Shown here in pieces: positions 30,846 to 44,623 of a stretch of DNA of 64,000 nucleotides. A model generated the notes under the pieces. That model ran no database searches. It was not told the origin of the DNA and saw only the letters and a program-made list of their open reading frames with translations. This DNA comes from the human T2T-CHM13v2.0 reference genome, Homo sapiens: the NCBI RefSeq assembly GCF_009914755.1, contig NC_060932.1; one strand, given 5' to 3'. Every line of letters begins with the position of its first letter. The stretch's first letter is position 1. A program made the translations under genes and the position numbers.

Positions 30846-32375
30846 TCTGTTATTCATATAAACATGCACACACCCTTCTTTAGCAGCAACAAAAAAATTG
30901 GAAGCAAAGCTCTCTAAATATAAAGCACCGTACTATATTTCTGAGATCTTGTGACCTAGTATATATTCAAAAAACCCAAAAGTTGCCTGGTTGTATACTT
31001 GACACAGGAAGCTTTAAATAATGCTTGAAAGAGTAGCTTGTGTCGGGCTGGTTTTGAGCTGGTTTCATACAAGACCTCTTCTATAAACTATTAAAAAAGT
31101 AGGTGGAGGAATTTGGGGGCTTTATTCCTAAGCTCAAAGTTATTAAATTTTTACTAAAATAACTAAAATGTATAGTTTTATAATGAAAACCCTATCTCCA
31201 AGTCAAAAAGTACCTCTTCCTTTCAAGATATGGGCTTTGTGGAACCAGGTCATGAAGTAAAATGACACGATAGACATGAGAGTATGGAGGTGGACCAGAA
31301 TTATTAATAACGATGTTTGGTCCCCAGAGCAGTAGATGGTTGTCACTGTCTTCACATATACCAGTTAAAACAACATGAAGTTGAGGAAGCCTGTGAAATG
31401 TTTTCTTCCTTAAAATTAATAGAATCATGGAAGGTAGATGTAGAAAATCAAATCATCTGCTACCTCTCAGCTTTCATAAAATAACTTTCAACACATGTTA
31501 AAAGTGTTCTGTGAACAAAAGGCTTCAGTGATAGAAAAAGTGCTGGGAGCATGCTCTTCCCCTCCCCATCTGCCTCCTAGGGACACTCTGGTCTGTTGCA
31601 TGAGAGGATTTAAGTCAAGTTTTGAAGTCAGCAAGTCCGTGCATCTTTGTTCCCACAGCTTTTCTTATCCCTTATTCATCCCAGAACAATTCTTCTCTGA
31701 ACACTTCAACACCCCAAGGAACGAGAGCTGTCAAGGCAACATCTGCTAACCCTTTCGCTTTAAAGATGAAGCAGATGAAACCCAGAGCCAAAAGAAAGTA
31801 GTCCCTTCTTATTTACAATTTTTTAAATCTACATACTAATTAATAATATGACAGGAGAAAAAGCATGTTTTAATTGACCTTTTATTGCCAATGCTGTCAT
31901 GCCTATATTGAGTGCAGTGGTGGGTGCATAAATATAAAGGGAATAAATCTGGAATGAACAAAAGGTTATTACCACAAGGGTCATAATGATACAAGACCAC
32001 CAATCCCAAGTCATTGCCTTGGTTGTCCTAAGTCCCTGAGATCATTTAAGTGGCATGGCAATGGACTCTCACCTTCTAAATAGCTAGGAAGCTACGGGAA
32101 GAGCTGCATCCCTTCATTTCAAGCCTCGTAAATCATAAATCGTGAGAGCTCCAAGGACAAAACCGCAAGCCCACAGATATCACACACTTAATAAACATGA
32201 AGAAGCTCATTAGGGATCACATCTTTTTAAAACTATATTTCTCAATGACTGAATTCTAAAAGCATTTGATTTCTATTCCATGGTCTTCATCTGATATCTC
32301 TACAAGTAATTTCATTCATGCACATATATAAGAATGTTCATTCAGATTAGGAAAAAATATTTATTATGTGCTTAC

Positions 32376-32412
32376 CTGACTGAAAATGAGTGAAATACCC
32401 CCAGATTTTGCC
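32376..32412 (-). CDS. NSMAF: NSMAF exon 5 (AKSGGISLIFSQ)
   Basis: 37 nt; ttttag acceptor, CAG|GTAAGC donor; restores phase 0. Confidence 0.93.
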
Positions 32413-32491
32413 CTAAAATACAGATAAAAGTAATTAAATATATACAGCTTTTTGGTTGAAGTAAAATTAAACAGTGGTGAAAATGACATAC

Positions 32492-32559
32492 TTTGTGAAG
32501 TGTCTATTGGCTCCATTTTCTCCATGCTTTCCTATTTTTATACAGTCTCTCAAAGGAAT
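32492..32559 (-). CDS. NSMAF: NSMAF exon 4 (IPLRDCIKIGKHGENGANRHFT)
   Basis: 68 nt; ccag acceptor, AA|GTATGT donor. Confidence 0.93.
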
Positions 32560-32642
32560 CTGGATAAAATTGAGAGAAATATTATAAAAATCAAGAAAGG
32601 TAAGACATACACAAAAAATAGGAATGTTTCTGTTCATATTTA

Positions 32643-32789
<147 letters not shown>

Positions 32790-33760
32790 TCATAGTACAT
32801 TTTAACTAGAAAGCAGGTTACTAAAGCATCACATAATAAAAGATCAATAATGCATATAAAGAGAACGTCTCTATTTTTAAATTAACTGGTAAAACAAAAC
32901 ACAGAATAGTGGTTCATATTGGCATTTACAATTCAAATGTTAGAAAGTTTTTAATTAAACTTCTTTGGTTTATATGTGTATCTCCATATAGTTTACAGCA
33001 TCTATTGGCTAGAAACTTAATGAATCCAGAAACATCACACTGAGAAATAGTCTTACAGACTGAGAATGCCTACACTCATCCCACCCCAGAGTAACACTGC
33101 CTGTTCTTTTGTGAGCAGTAAATATTTACTTTGGCTTTCTATTCTCAGTGCTCAATATATATGTACTGAATAGATGAGAAGGCCCATTCTACTGAAGGTT
33201 ATGATTTAGTTTGCAATTCTTTCTCAAAGGGTTTTTGAAATTTTATACCATTTCATATCATTTTTCCAAGTTGTTAACTGCATTTACTTTTCTAATACCC
33301 AAAATTACCCAATAGTAACATAAAAACTTTTATGAAATTTCTAAACATATACAAATAGAATAGAAAACTCCCATGTACCAATGGCCTAGCTCTACAATTG
33401 TCAATATGTGGTCACTCTTGTCTTGTGTATAACCCCCTGGGACCCTGCTGAATAACACAGAAAATTATTGACATCATATACTTTATCCACAAATATTTTA
33501 GCAAAAATCTCTGAAGACAGCCTCTCTTAATAAGTGACCAATCATTAACACACTCTAAGAAATTAATAATTCTTTAATGTCATCATGTATACAGCCAGTG
33601 TTCAAAGAATACTTTCAGACGTAGTACACGGGTACTGCCTTCACATCCAGAGGCACCCAGAGGATCAGGTGATGTCAATCTCCATATAGCCATTACAAAA
33701 TTTCCCAGCAGCTTCTCTCACCTAAAGGTTTTAGCAGCTATTGAAAATTACTATCTAGAT

Positions 33761-33976
33761 CAAGGGCTGGTAAACTTTCTGTAAAGAGCCAGATAGTAAA
33801 TATCTTTGCTTTGTGGGCCATATGGTCTCAGTCACAACCATTCAACTTTGCTGTTATAGGGAAAGCAGCCACACACAGTATGTACACAAATGGGAATGCC
33901 TGTGTTCCAGTAAAACTTTACAAGAACAAGTGGCAGCTCAGATATGGCCCAAGGGCTGTAGTTTGCCAAGGCCTGC
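33761..33976 (+). mobile_element. MER58A
   Basis: caagggctggtaaactttctgtaaagagccagatagtaaatat...gtttgccaaggcctg. Confidence 0.85.
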
Positions 33977-34203
33977 TGTGAATCCATTCTTCCATTAGGC
34001 ATTGAAATTTTATCATTCCTTCTATGTTATGAGCTAGAATTTGACAAAAAAGAACAACTTTACTTATCAGCAATTTGGCTACCCTGAAGTACAATTTGTA
34101 CAAGGAAAATAACAAAAATGCTTGATTCTTTACCTTTATTTATCAAGTGTTACAAAAATGAGTTGTTGTCTTCCTATCCTTCGAGGATAACTGATTAAGA
34201 TTA

Positions 34204-34241
34204 TACACACACACACACACACACCCACACACAAACACACA
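34204..34241. repeat. Interrupted (CA)n microsatellite
   Basis: Direct reading of the sequence. Confidence 0.9.
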
Positions 34242-35234
34242 TATTTATAAAATTACGTACTCATGAATTTTAACATTTATGAAACATTTCAATCCATTGC
34301 AGAAGTTATTCTTTTCTGATGCTTACATTGTCGCATTTTTGGCCCAATGTCAGCATCGTCTACTTGCCCCTGCATCCTTTTAATTCATTTACAGTAGTCT
34401 TTGATACCTTCCTTACTTGCCAGTATGACAGGATGTCCCAGGTTCATCTCACAGATTTCCTGCCTCTGACTTAGAATCAGCAATTTCTCCAAAGAACCCC
34501 CATCCTTTCAGTGGGAAGTGGTATTAAGAGACCAGATTCTTGGTGCTGATTGCAACTGAGTTATTTCTAGGCCTTTTCAAAAGATAGAGGTAAGAAATAC
34601 TGTCATTTAAAGAGAAAAGCAACACAAAGGTGCCCACTCTTACCACTACTATTCAACATAGTACTGGAAATCCTAGCCAGAGCAATTTGGCAAGTAAAAG
34701 AAAGAACAGGCATCCAAATTGGAAAAGTTAAACTGTCTCTGTTAGCAAATAACATGATTTTATATGTATACAAAAACCCTAAGGATTCTATCAAAAAAAC
34801 TATTCAAACCAATAAACAAATTCAGTAAAACTGAAGAATACAAAATCAATATACAAAAAACAGCGTTGCATTTCTATATGCTAACAATGATCTATCCAAA
34901 AAAGAAATTACAGAAACAATTCAATTTATAAAAGCACCAAAGGAAAAACAAAACACTTAGGAATAAATTTAACCAAGGAGGTAAAAAGTCTGTACACTGA
35001 AAACTACAAAACACTGATGAAAGAAACTGAAGTAGACACAAATAAATAGAAAGATATCTGGTGTTCACAGACTGGAAGAATTAATACTGCTAAAATGTCC
35101 ATATTTTCCAAAGCAATCTACAAATTAAAAGCAAACCCTATTAAAATCCCAATGGCATTTTTAACAGAAACAGAAAAAAAGAAATTAACATTGACATTGA
35201 CCCACAAAATAAACAAAACACCCAAAACAATCTG

Positions 35235-35527
35235 TTTTGTTTCATTTTAAGAAATGGGATCTCACTATGTCACCCAGGCTAGAGTTCAGTAGCATGATTA
35301 TAGCTCACTGCAGCCTCAAAATGGGCTCAATCAATCCTCCTGCTTCAGCTTTCCAAGTAGCTGTGACTCCAGGTGTGCACCACCATGCCCAGCTAATTTT
35401 TAGTTTTTTTAGAGATGGGGTCTTGCTAGGTTGCTCAGGCTGGTCTCCAACTCCTGGTCTCAAGTGATCCTCCCTCCTCAGCCTCCTGAGTAGCTGGCAT
35501 TACAGGTGCAAGCCACCATGCCTGGTC
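35235..35527 (-). mobile_element. AluJ
   Basis: Diverged reverse Alu inside L1MA. Confidence 0.88.
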
Positions 35528-36185
35528 CAGAGTAATCTTGAACAAGAAGAACAAAACTGGTGGCATCAAACTACCTGGTTTCAAAATATACTACAAAGCT
35601 ACATTAATCAAAACAGCATGATACAGCTGTACAGACCAATGGAACACAATACATCCACATATATGCAGTCAACTAATCATCCACAAAGGTGCCAAAAACA
35701 CACAATGAAGAAAGGATAGTTTATTTAATAAATGGTGTTGGGAAAACTAGATATCCCCGTGGAAAAAAAAAAGTGAACCCTTACCTCATCCCATACATAA
35801 AAATCTACTTGAAATGAACTGAAGACTTAAATGTAAGTCCTGAAATTGTAAAACTGCTGAAAGAAAAAATACAGAAAAGCTTCTCGGCATTGGTCTGGGC
35901 AGTATTTTGGATGACTCCAAAAGCACAGGCAATATAAGCAAAAATAGACAAATGGGATTACATAAAACAAAAAGCTTCTGTGCATCAAGAAAAATAATTA
36001 ACAAAGTCAAAAGACAACCTACGGAATGGGAGAAAATAGTTGAAAACCATACTTCTGATAAGGGGCTAATATCCAAAATACATAAAAAACTCGAACAACT
36101 TGATAGTATAATAAGAAAACAAATAGCCTATTAAAAGACAGGCAGAGGACCTGAATAGACATATCTCAAAAGAAGACATACAAAT

Positions 36186-36549
<364 letters not shown>

Positions 36550-37899
36550 TCATCAGAGAAAAGCAAATCAAAACCACATTAAGCTATTGCTTCACACCTG
36601 TTAGGATGGCTATTATCAAAAAACAAAAGATAACAGTTGTTGGCAAGAGCGTGGAGAAAAGAGAACCCTTATATACTGCTGGTGGGAATATGAATTGGTT
36701 TAGCCATTAAAGAAAACAGTACAGAGGTTTCTCAAAAAACTAAAAATAGAACTACCATACTATCCAGCAATCCCACTTCTGGGTATACATCCAAAGCAAA
36801 TGGAGCCAGTATGTTGAAGATGTATCTGTACTCCCATGTTCATTACAGTATTATTTACAGTAGCCAAGATTTGGGATCAATCTAAGTGTCCATTGATAGA
36901 TGAATGAATAAAGAAAATATGATATATATATGAATATAAAACATATAAAAATAGACATACATACATACACACAATGGAATATTATTCAGCCTCAAAAAAG
37001 GAAATCCTGCTACTTGTGGCCATGTGGATGGACTTGGAGGACATTATGCTAAGTAAAATAAGCCAGCCACAGAAGGACAAATACTACATGATTTCACGTA
37101 GACTCTAAAAGAGTTTAATTCAAAGAAGAGACAAGAATGGAACTTACGAAAATTTTTTAGGTGGGAAAGCTCAGAGCTTTGTTCAGGCAAGAGTAAGTTA
37201 AACTTCACGAAATTAAAGGGGGTGGAAGAAATGGGGAGATGCTGGGCAAAGTGCACAAGTTGTCCATTATCCAGGATAAGTTCTGCAGATTTAATGTAGA
37301 GTTATTGACTACAGTCCATACCACATCATACACTTGAAATTGGCTCAGAGAGTAGATCTTATATGTTCTTATTCCCACACACACAAAAGAAGGTAACTGT
37401 GAGGTGATGGATATGATAATTACTTTGATTGTGGTCAGCATTTCACAATGTGTATGTATATCAAAACATCAAATTGTATACCCTAAATATATACAATTTT
37501 TATTCATCAATTATATCTCAATAAAGCTGGAAAAAAGGAGGAAAGTGCATGAAAAAGGCTTTATTTCTTTAATATTACATGTATGTCTCTTTTCTTTTAT
37601 ACTGGAAAATCTGAGTCTTGGCCATACTTATTAAATTGTTTTATCCAATTATATAAATACATATACATGCATGTATAAAATAGTTTCAAAATAATAATAC
37701 TAATAGTATACTAATAACAACAATATTGCAACTGGAAAGTTTACAATTACTTTACATTCTTTTTCAACTTCTTTGCAATACTTTTTCATCTTACCAGAGA
37801 TACACAGTCAAATTATTATATTGTAAAGTTGATTAAAATAATTTTCTGTGGCTAACTCCAACTTTATAATTAAATTCATTTGTTTCTTGTCTTTTCTTT

Positions 37900-38045
37900 T
37901 TTTAATATATAATTGTAATAAATAGAAACAGAGTTTCGCTATGTTGATCAGGCTGGTCTCAAACTCCTGGCCACAAGAGATCGTACTGTACTGCCTTGGC
38001 TTACTAAAGTGCTGGGATTACGAGTGTGAACCACCACACCTGAAC
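37900..38045 (-). mobile_element. FLAM / Alu left monomer
   Basis: Single reverse left arm. Confidence 0.8.
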
Positions 38046-38071
38046 TGTTTCATTTTCTCTTTGATTTTTAG

Positions 38072-38430
<359 letters not shown>

Positions 38431-38446
38431 TAAAAATCTACAAAAG

Positions 38447-38484
38447 ATGCCCTCTCAGCCTCTTAGCTAAGATAAAGTGTAGTA
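38447..38484 (+). pseudogene. 3'-truncated U2 snRNA retropseudogene (U2 nt 1-38)
   Basis: 31/38 identity to recalled U2 5' end ATCGCTTCTCGGCCTTTTGGCTAAGATCAAGTGTAGTA; TSD aaaaatcta(c/t)aaaa. Confidence 0.85.
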
Positions 38485-40161
38485 AAAATCTATAAAATGT
38501 TTATATGGTTCCAAAACGAAAGTTACAAAATAAGGTACATTTGGAGAAGTCCTCATTCCATCTCTATATTGTTCTTCTGATCCTTCCCCTCTTCTGTGTA
38601 GATAACTGTCTCCACTAGCTTTTAGTTTATGCCTCCGATTTTTAAAAACATAGTGATAAATCTGCCCCCTTCTGACAAAAGTAGCTTATGACACACAGTA
38701 TCCTGTCCCTTGCTTTTTACACTTAATACATGTAGAGATCACTTCATAGCATTACAAAGAACTTCATTCCTTGTTGAACCTGCATAGTACTCCATCATGT
38801 GGCCATTTCTTATCAGTCAGTTCAGTCAGTCTCCTGTAGGATTGTTCCTAGTCTTTTACTAGTACAAGTAGTGCTATAATAACCTTGTGCATATGTCCAT
38901 TTATATAACTGCCAGTTCTCTTTGAAATGGTATCCTAGAAGTAGCATTGCTAGATCAATAGGTTAATGCACATGTCATCTTACCAGATATTACCAAATAC
39001 ACCTACATGGGGCTGTACCATTTTGCCCTAATAGTTACTTTAAAATTATAAAAACAGGTTTCAGTTTGCTACCTGTAGTTGTATTTTAATAATAAACAAG
39101 TACATTTAATTTTAAGCAAGGCACTATGATGATATACGATAGAAGAATGTTGGAAGGAAAAAAGATATGGAATTAGGGAAAAGAATATGAGCAAAATTCC
39201 AGAGATAAGAAAGCAAGGTGCTGTGTTCAGGGATGAATAATTGTCTAATTTGATTGAATGCCAAGAAAATAGATATGTCATAAGCTACTAAACAAAAAAA
39301 CCAAGTGAGTTTTACTTTAGCTTGTGTTTAAACAAATACCACATGTTTTTGATCCGTTAAGGATAAACCTGAAGAATAATAAAAATAAGTGGATTTATCT
39401 ACTGTCAAAGAATTTCCTAAGTTATGGCTTACAGTTGTTAAGTAACCTCCCAAAAGGAAATCATTAGCAGATACCTTTTTGGTGGAACAATTTTCATCTT
39501 AGTTAATTCTAAGTTGCCATTTTAAGCAAACAAAAAGCTTCATTACATGCTTCTGTACATAGCTTTCAAAAGGTAAAGTCAAAGAAACAATCTGTTTTTA
39601 TAGTAGTGAGTAATAGTTATCAAGATACTGAGAAATCAGATCTTGCTTCTAGTTCAAATCGCATGACTCATTTTGAAAGTACTGATTTTATACCACTCTT
39701 GTGGTTTATAATCATTACTTTATAACATTGTCACCCGAATAATTGAGAGCAGAGGATACTGCATAACTACAAGAGGGATGCAACAAAAAAATGATGGGAT
39801 GGACTGGAGTCCTATCAAGCTTAAGATATCTACAACCCCAGAATTGGAACAAATGCTTTTTAGCTTTGAAAAAGGTTTCAAGTTACAATTATAACTTTTA
39901 AATACACTCTTCTCATTACTTCCCTAATAAGAGAAAAGATGAAAAAAACTTCATGGGAGATAAAATAATAAACATAGCAAAAACTCTCCAAAAGACTCTC
40001 CTAGGTTATAATCCTCAATAAAAGTCTAAATAAAATTTACTTTAATTTTTTTTAAAGCCTAATTTTTTCTTTAGTTAACACCTATATGATCACACATTTA
40101 ACTTTAAAAGTTCAGATATCAGAAAGGTTTGTTTGTCCAAGGAGATACCGAAGCTTCCTTA

Positions 40162-40278
<117 letters not shown>

Positions 40279-40713
40279 TCAGTTTATTTTTTAGTAAGTA
40301 TAAGAAGGCAATATATTTAAAACGTCTGATCCCAAAAAGCTTTTCCATTCATGAATTTAACAAACATTTATGAAGCATGTATATCATGCCAGGCAGTCCT
40401 CTCTACCCAGTGGCGGGAAGTACATAGCTGGGCTTGCCTTGTGTCCAAATAACTACTATGTCAAAAATAAAATCACTCACCAGGTGGATGTACTACTCTT
40501 TTACAGAAACCCTGAATTTTGTGAAGTTAAACTTATCCTTATCTGAACAAAGCTCAGCGCTTTCCTACTTAGGGAATTTTGAGCATTTGTTTCCCCTGAC
40601 TGAACAATGCTAGGCTTCCCCACCTCTTCCCTGTCATACCTCCCTGCCCCCAACATCTGCCTCATGGTTATCTGAGTTACTCCCACAAGAACACATGCCT
40701 CTAGGGACAGATC

Positions 40714-41007
40714 TTTTTTTTTTTTTTGGGACGGAGTTTCACTCTTGTTGCCCAGCCTGGAGTAAAATGGCGCAATCTCAGCTCAAGTAACCTCCACCTC
40801 CCGGGTTCAAGTAATTCTCCTGCCTCAGCCTCCCAAGTAGCTGGGATTACAGGCATGCACCACCATGCCTGGCTAATTTTGTATTTTTAGTAGAGACAGG
40901 GTTTCTCCATGTTGGTAAGGCTGGTCTCGAACTCCCAACCTCACGTAATCCACCCACCTCGGCCTCCCAAAGTGCTGGGATTACAAGCATGAGCCACCGG
41001 CCCAGCC
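40714..41007 (-). mobile_element. AluSp-type
   Basis: gtttctccatgttgg diagnostic; TSD acagatcttt. Confidence 0.92.
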
Positions 41008-41650
41008 AACAGATCTTTAGATATTCCCTTGTGATAACCAGCCCATGCTGTCTACACAATGGGTGTTTAATAAGTAAAATGAGTAAACCAAACTGAATGG
41101 GATTGAAATATAGTTCTTTTTAAAGTTGAAAGTCATTTAAACTTTTAAAAACAAGAGAAGTCATTAAGAAAAATTATTAATTTTGTTGTATGGCTACAGC
41201 AACAAATACATGACAAAGAAGTGAAAACAGGCATTTTTTTGTTTTGTTTTGTGATAAGGACCAGGAAACATCAATGAGTTACAGGCAAAAGCTTTCATGA
41301 AAAGTGTGGGACTTGAGATGGGCCTTAAGTTCCAGTGTGTTGGAGGAAGAAATTTACATTAAACATGGCAGATTACACATATATGTTTATTTCACTGCCT
41401 CTTGAAACACCACTACAATGTGAATAAAACTATTTTTAAATGGTAAAACCCACAGGCTAAAGCAAATTGGAGAGATATTAAAGCAGAGAAGAGACATGAA
41501 CAAATCTGTGAGAAATGGAAAGCAGACCGGGGGAATAAGCAGTGCTCAGAAATCAGAATTTCAGATGCCTCCAGAGAAGGCACCACTCAGGAGAAAACCA
41601 GTTCAAGTCACCGGACTTCCAAAAAGTTCAGAAATTGCAGGATCAAGTGC

Positions 41651-42306
41651 TAGAGACGATGTGGAGAAATAGGAATGCTTTTACACTGCTGGTGGGAGTG
41701 TAAATTAGTTCAACCATTGTGGAAGACAGTGTGGCGATTCCTCAAGGATCTAGAACTAGAAATACCATTTGACCAAGCCATCCCATTACTGGGTATATAC
41801 CCAAAGGATTATAAATCATTCTGCTACAAAGACACAGGCACACATATGTTTAATGCGGCACTGTTCACAATAGCAAAGACTTGGAACCAACCCAAATGCC
41901 CATCAATGATAGACTGGATAAAGAAAATGTGGCACATATACACCATGGAATACTATGCAGCCGTAAAAAAGGATGAATTCATGTCCTTTGCAGCGACATG
42001 GATGAAGCTGGAAACCATCATTCTCAGCAAACACAAGAACAGAAAACCAAGCACCGCCATGTTCTCGCTCATAAGTGGGAGCTGAACAATGAGAACACAT
42101 GGACACAGGGAGGTGAACATCACACACGGGGACCTGTTGGCGGGGTGGGGAGCTAGAGGAGGGATAGCATTAGGAGAAATACCTAATGTAGATGATGTGT
42201 TGATGGGTGCAGCAAACCACCATGGCACGTGTATACCTATGTAACAAACCTGCACGTTCTGCACATGTACTCCAGAACTTAAAGTATAATTAAAAAAAAA
42301 AAAAAA
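41651..42306 (+). mobile_element. L1PA7-like 3' fragment
   Basis: ORF2 C-terminal ORF 41675..42085, 3'UTR and poly-A; TSD agaaattgcag(g/t)atca. Confidence 0.92.
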
Positions 42307-42924
42307 AGAAATTGCAGTATCAGGTACCAAGAGGACAGGGTTTGTAAAGCATGAGGGTGGTTAAAAGTGAATGAGGGCAGTAGCCCCCAATTCTTTTCCT
42401 GATGGGTTAACCATACTGCACTCTGGCATGTGGTTTTTCTATTTAAAAAAAAAGTGGAACAAGAGGCTGCACACTAGGTATCAGGCACAGTGGAGAGCAG
42501 GATTGTAGTGTGAAGAGAGGATGACTATGCAAAACATGGAATAGATGAACACTAGTTTGCTGAGAATTATGGTTTCCAGCTTCATCCATATATCACTCCA
42601 GGCAGGAGTCTGGTACATTAGTTTTGGAAAAAACTAAACAGCCTCAGAGAAAAAGCCAGGTCTCTACAACATCATCCCACAGTGAAACTCAACTGAAATA
42701 GCCCATTCCCAGTGACACAGAATTAAATGCTTCACATTTAAATATGAATGAACAGCCCAAGATCACAGCCTCTAGGATGAAAGAACAAAGCCAAAGCAAG
42801 CAGGAAGAATGCAACTTGAAGGACTAAACACAATGCAGAGAACAGAAGAAAAGGTCAAAAGGCTACAATTAATATCCCTACAAAGAAGAAGTTATATTCA
42901 TAACACCAGAAGAGATGCTCATCA

Positions 42925-43250
<326 letters not shown>

Positions 43251-44623
43251 TGAACCAAAAGAAAAGTAACTCAAAAAATTAAAAATGATAGCAGAAACCA
43301 ATTTTACCATCCTAATCTGTAACTTTTATTGACCTGTCCTCCATATCTAAATCCATGAACAAGAATCAATTACAGGGTAAACTGCCAGAGTGCAAAACAA
43401 AATGCACACTATCAATACTTAATCTGAATTTCAATATAGTCACAAGACAGAATTGGAGTTACACATCCTTCCTTCTCTTTCCTAATCGCCTCACTCCTTC
43501 TCTTATAGAGAGGGAAGAATAGAGTAAGTATTCTTCAATAAGACAATGGCATAATTTTATTTCTATGATGCACAAGTAGCCTTCAGAGACAATTCTTCCA
43601 TATAATTATTAAAATATAATCATATCAGCTATTTTAGAACTAAAGTCATTTTGGTAAGTGAATTAATTATAGCCTCCTTAATTTATCAATATGCATATTT
43701 TGCAAGAAATGTAAAACACACAGTGAAGGGATATAACCAAATCATATTGTTTGAAGTAAAGGATTATGAAACTTTTCTGAGTCTATGTTTTCTTTTTACT
43801 AAAGTGTTGTTATACCCGCTTTAAAATTTTTCTATGTAAAAATTATTATAATTAAGTTGCATGATTTTTAGAACAATGATTTTCAAACTACATTTTACGG
43901 AGTAAAAGAGTCCATGCTTAAAAAAAAAAATTAAAATCACCGTTTTGTAATTGGATGGTCTCATCCTTTGGTATTGTATCTGACTGTAAATTATTTCTTT
44001 AGAAGACTCTTAGCCCTGCCCCTACATATTCCTAGTTTAATCCTCCTTTACAGAGGTGTGGTTTCATTCTCTTTAGAGAAGTTTCCTCATTGAGCAACTC
44101 AACATTCCTAAAAAGATGTTTTCCTATTCTTACATCACCTAAATTTTAAAGCCTACTGTACAACACTTAACTAGAACTTAAAATAGCTGGAGTAACCTTG
44201 CATTCCACTCAACAATTATTCAACACTCAGCTGATGAACAGTATTTACAGTGGATCCAGAAGGTTTTGTTAGTCAATGCTTTCTCTAACAGGCTTCACTG
44301 TGATAAGAAGTGTAACCCAAACTTATTGGGAGGAAGTGCTGTGATGCCATGACACTTTCGTGATGTGTGCAGAGGCAAAGGAAAGCACAGGAGTGCTGTG
44401 TATTTGCCACCTCTACTCTCAATACCCCAACACCAGCCTTGAATGAAGCTAGACTACAGTGCCCCTACTAGAGAGTTGATTTAATTAAACGGACCATTTT
44501 TAAGAAGCTTCTGAAAATGATTTCTGAAATAAAGAAGAAATTAAGAAAACTGTTATAGACAAGGCAAGATCGCAGTCCTACTACCCACCATTGGAAACAT
44601 CCCCCCAGTAATACACTGGACAG

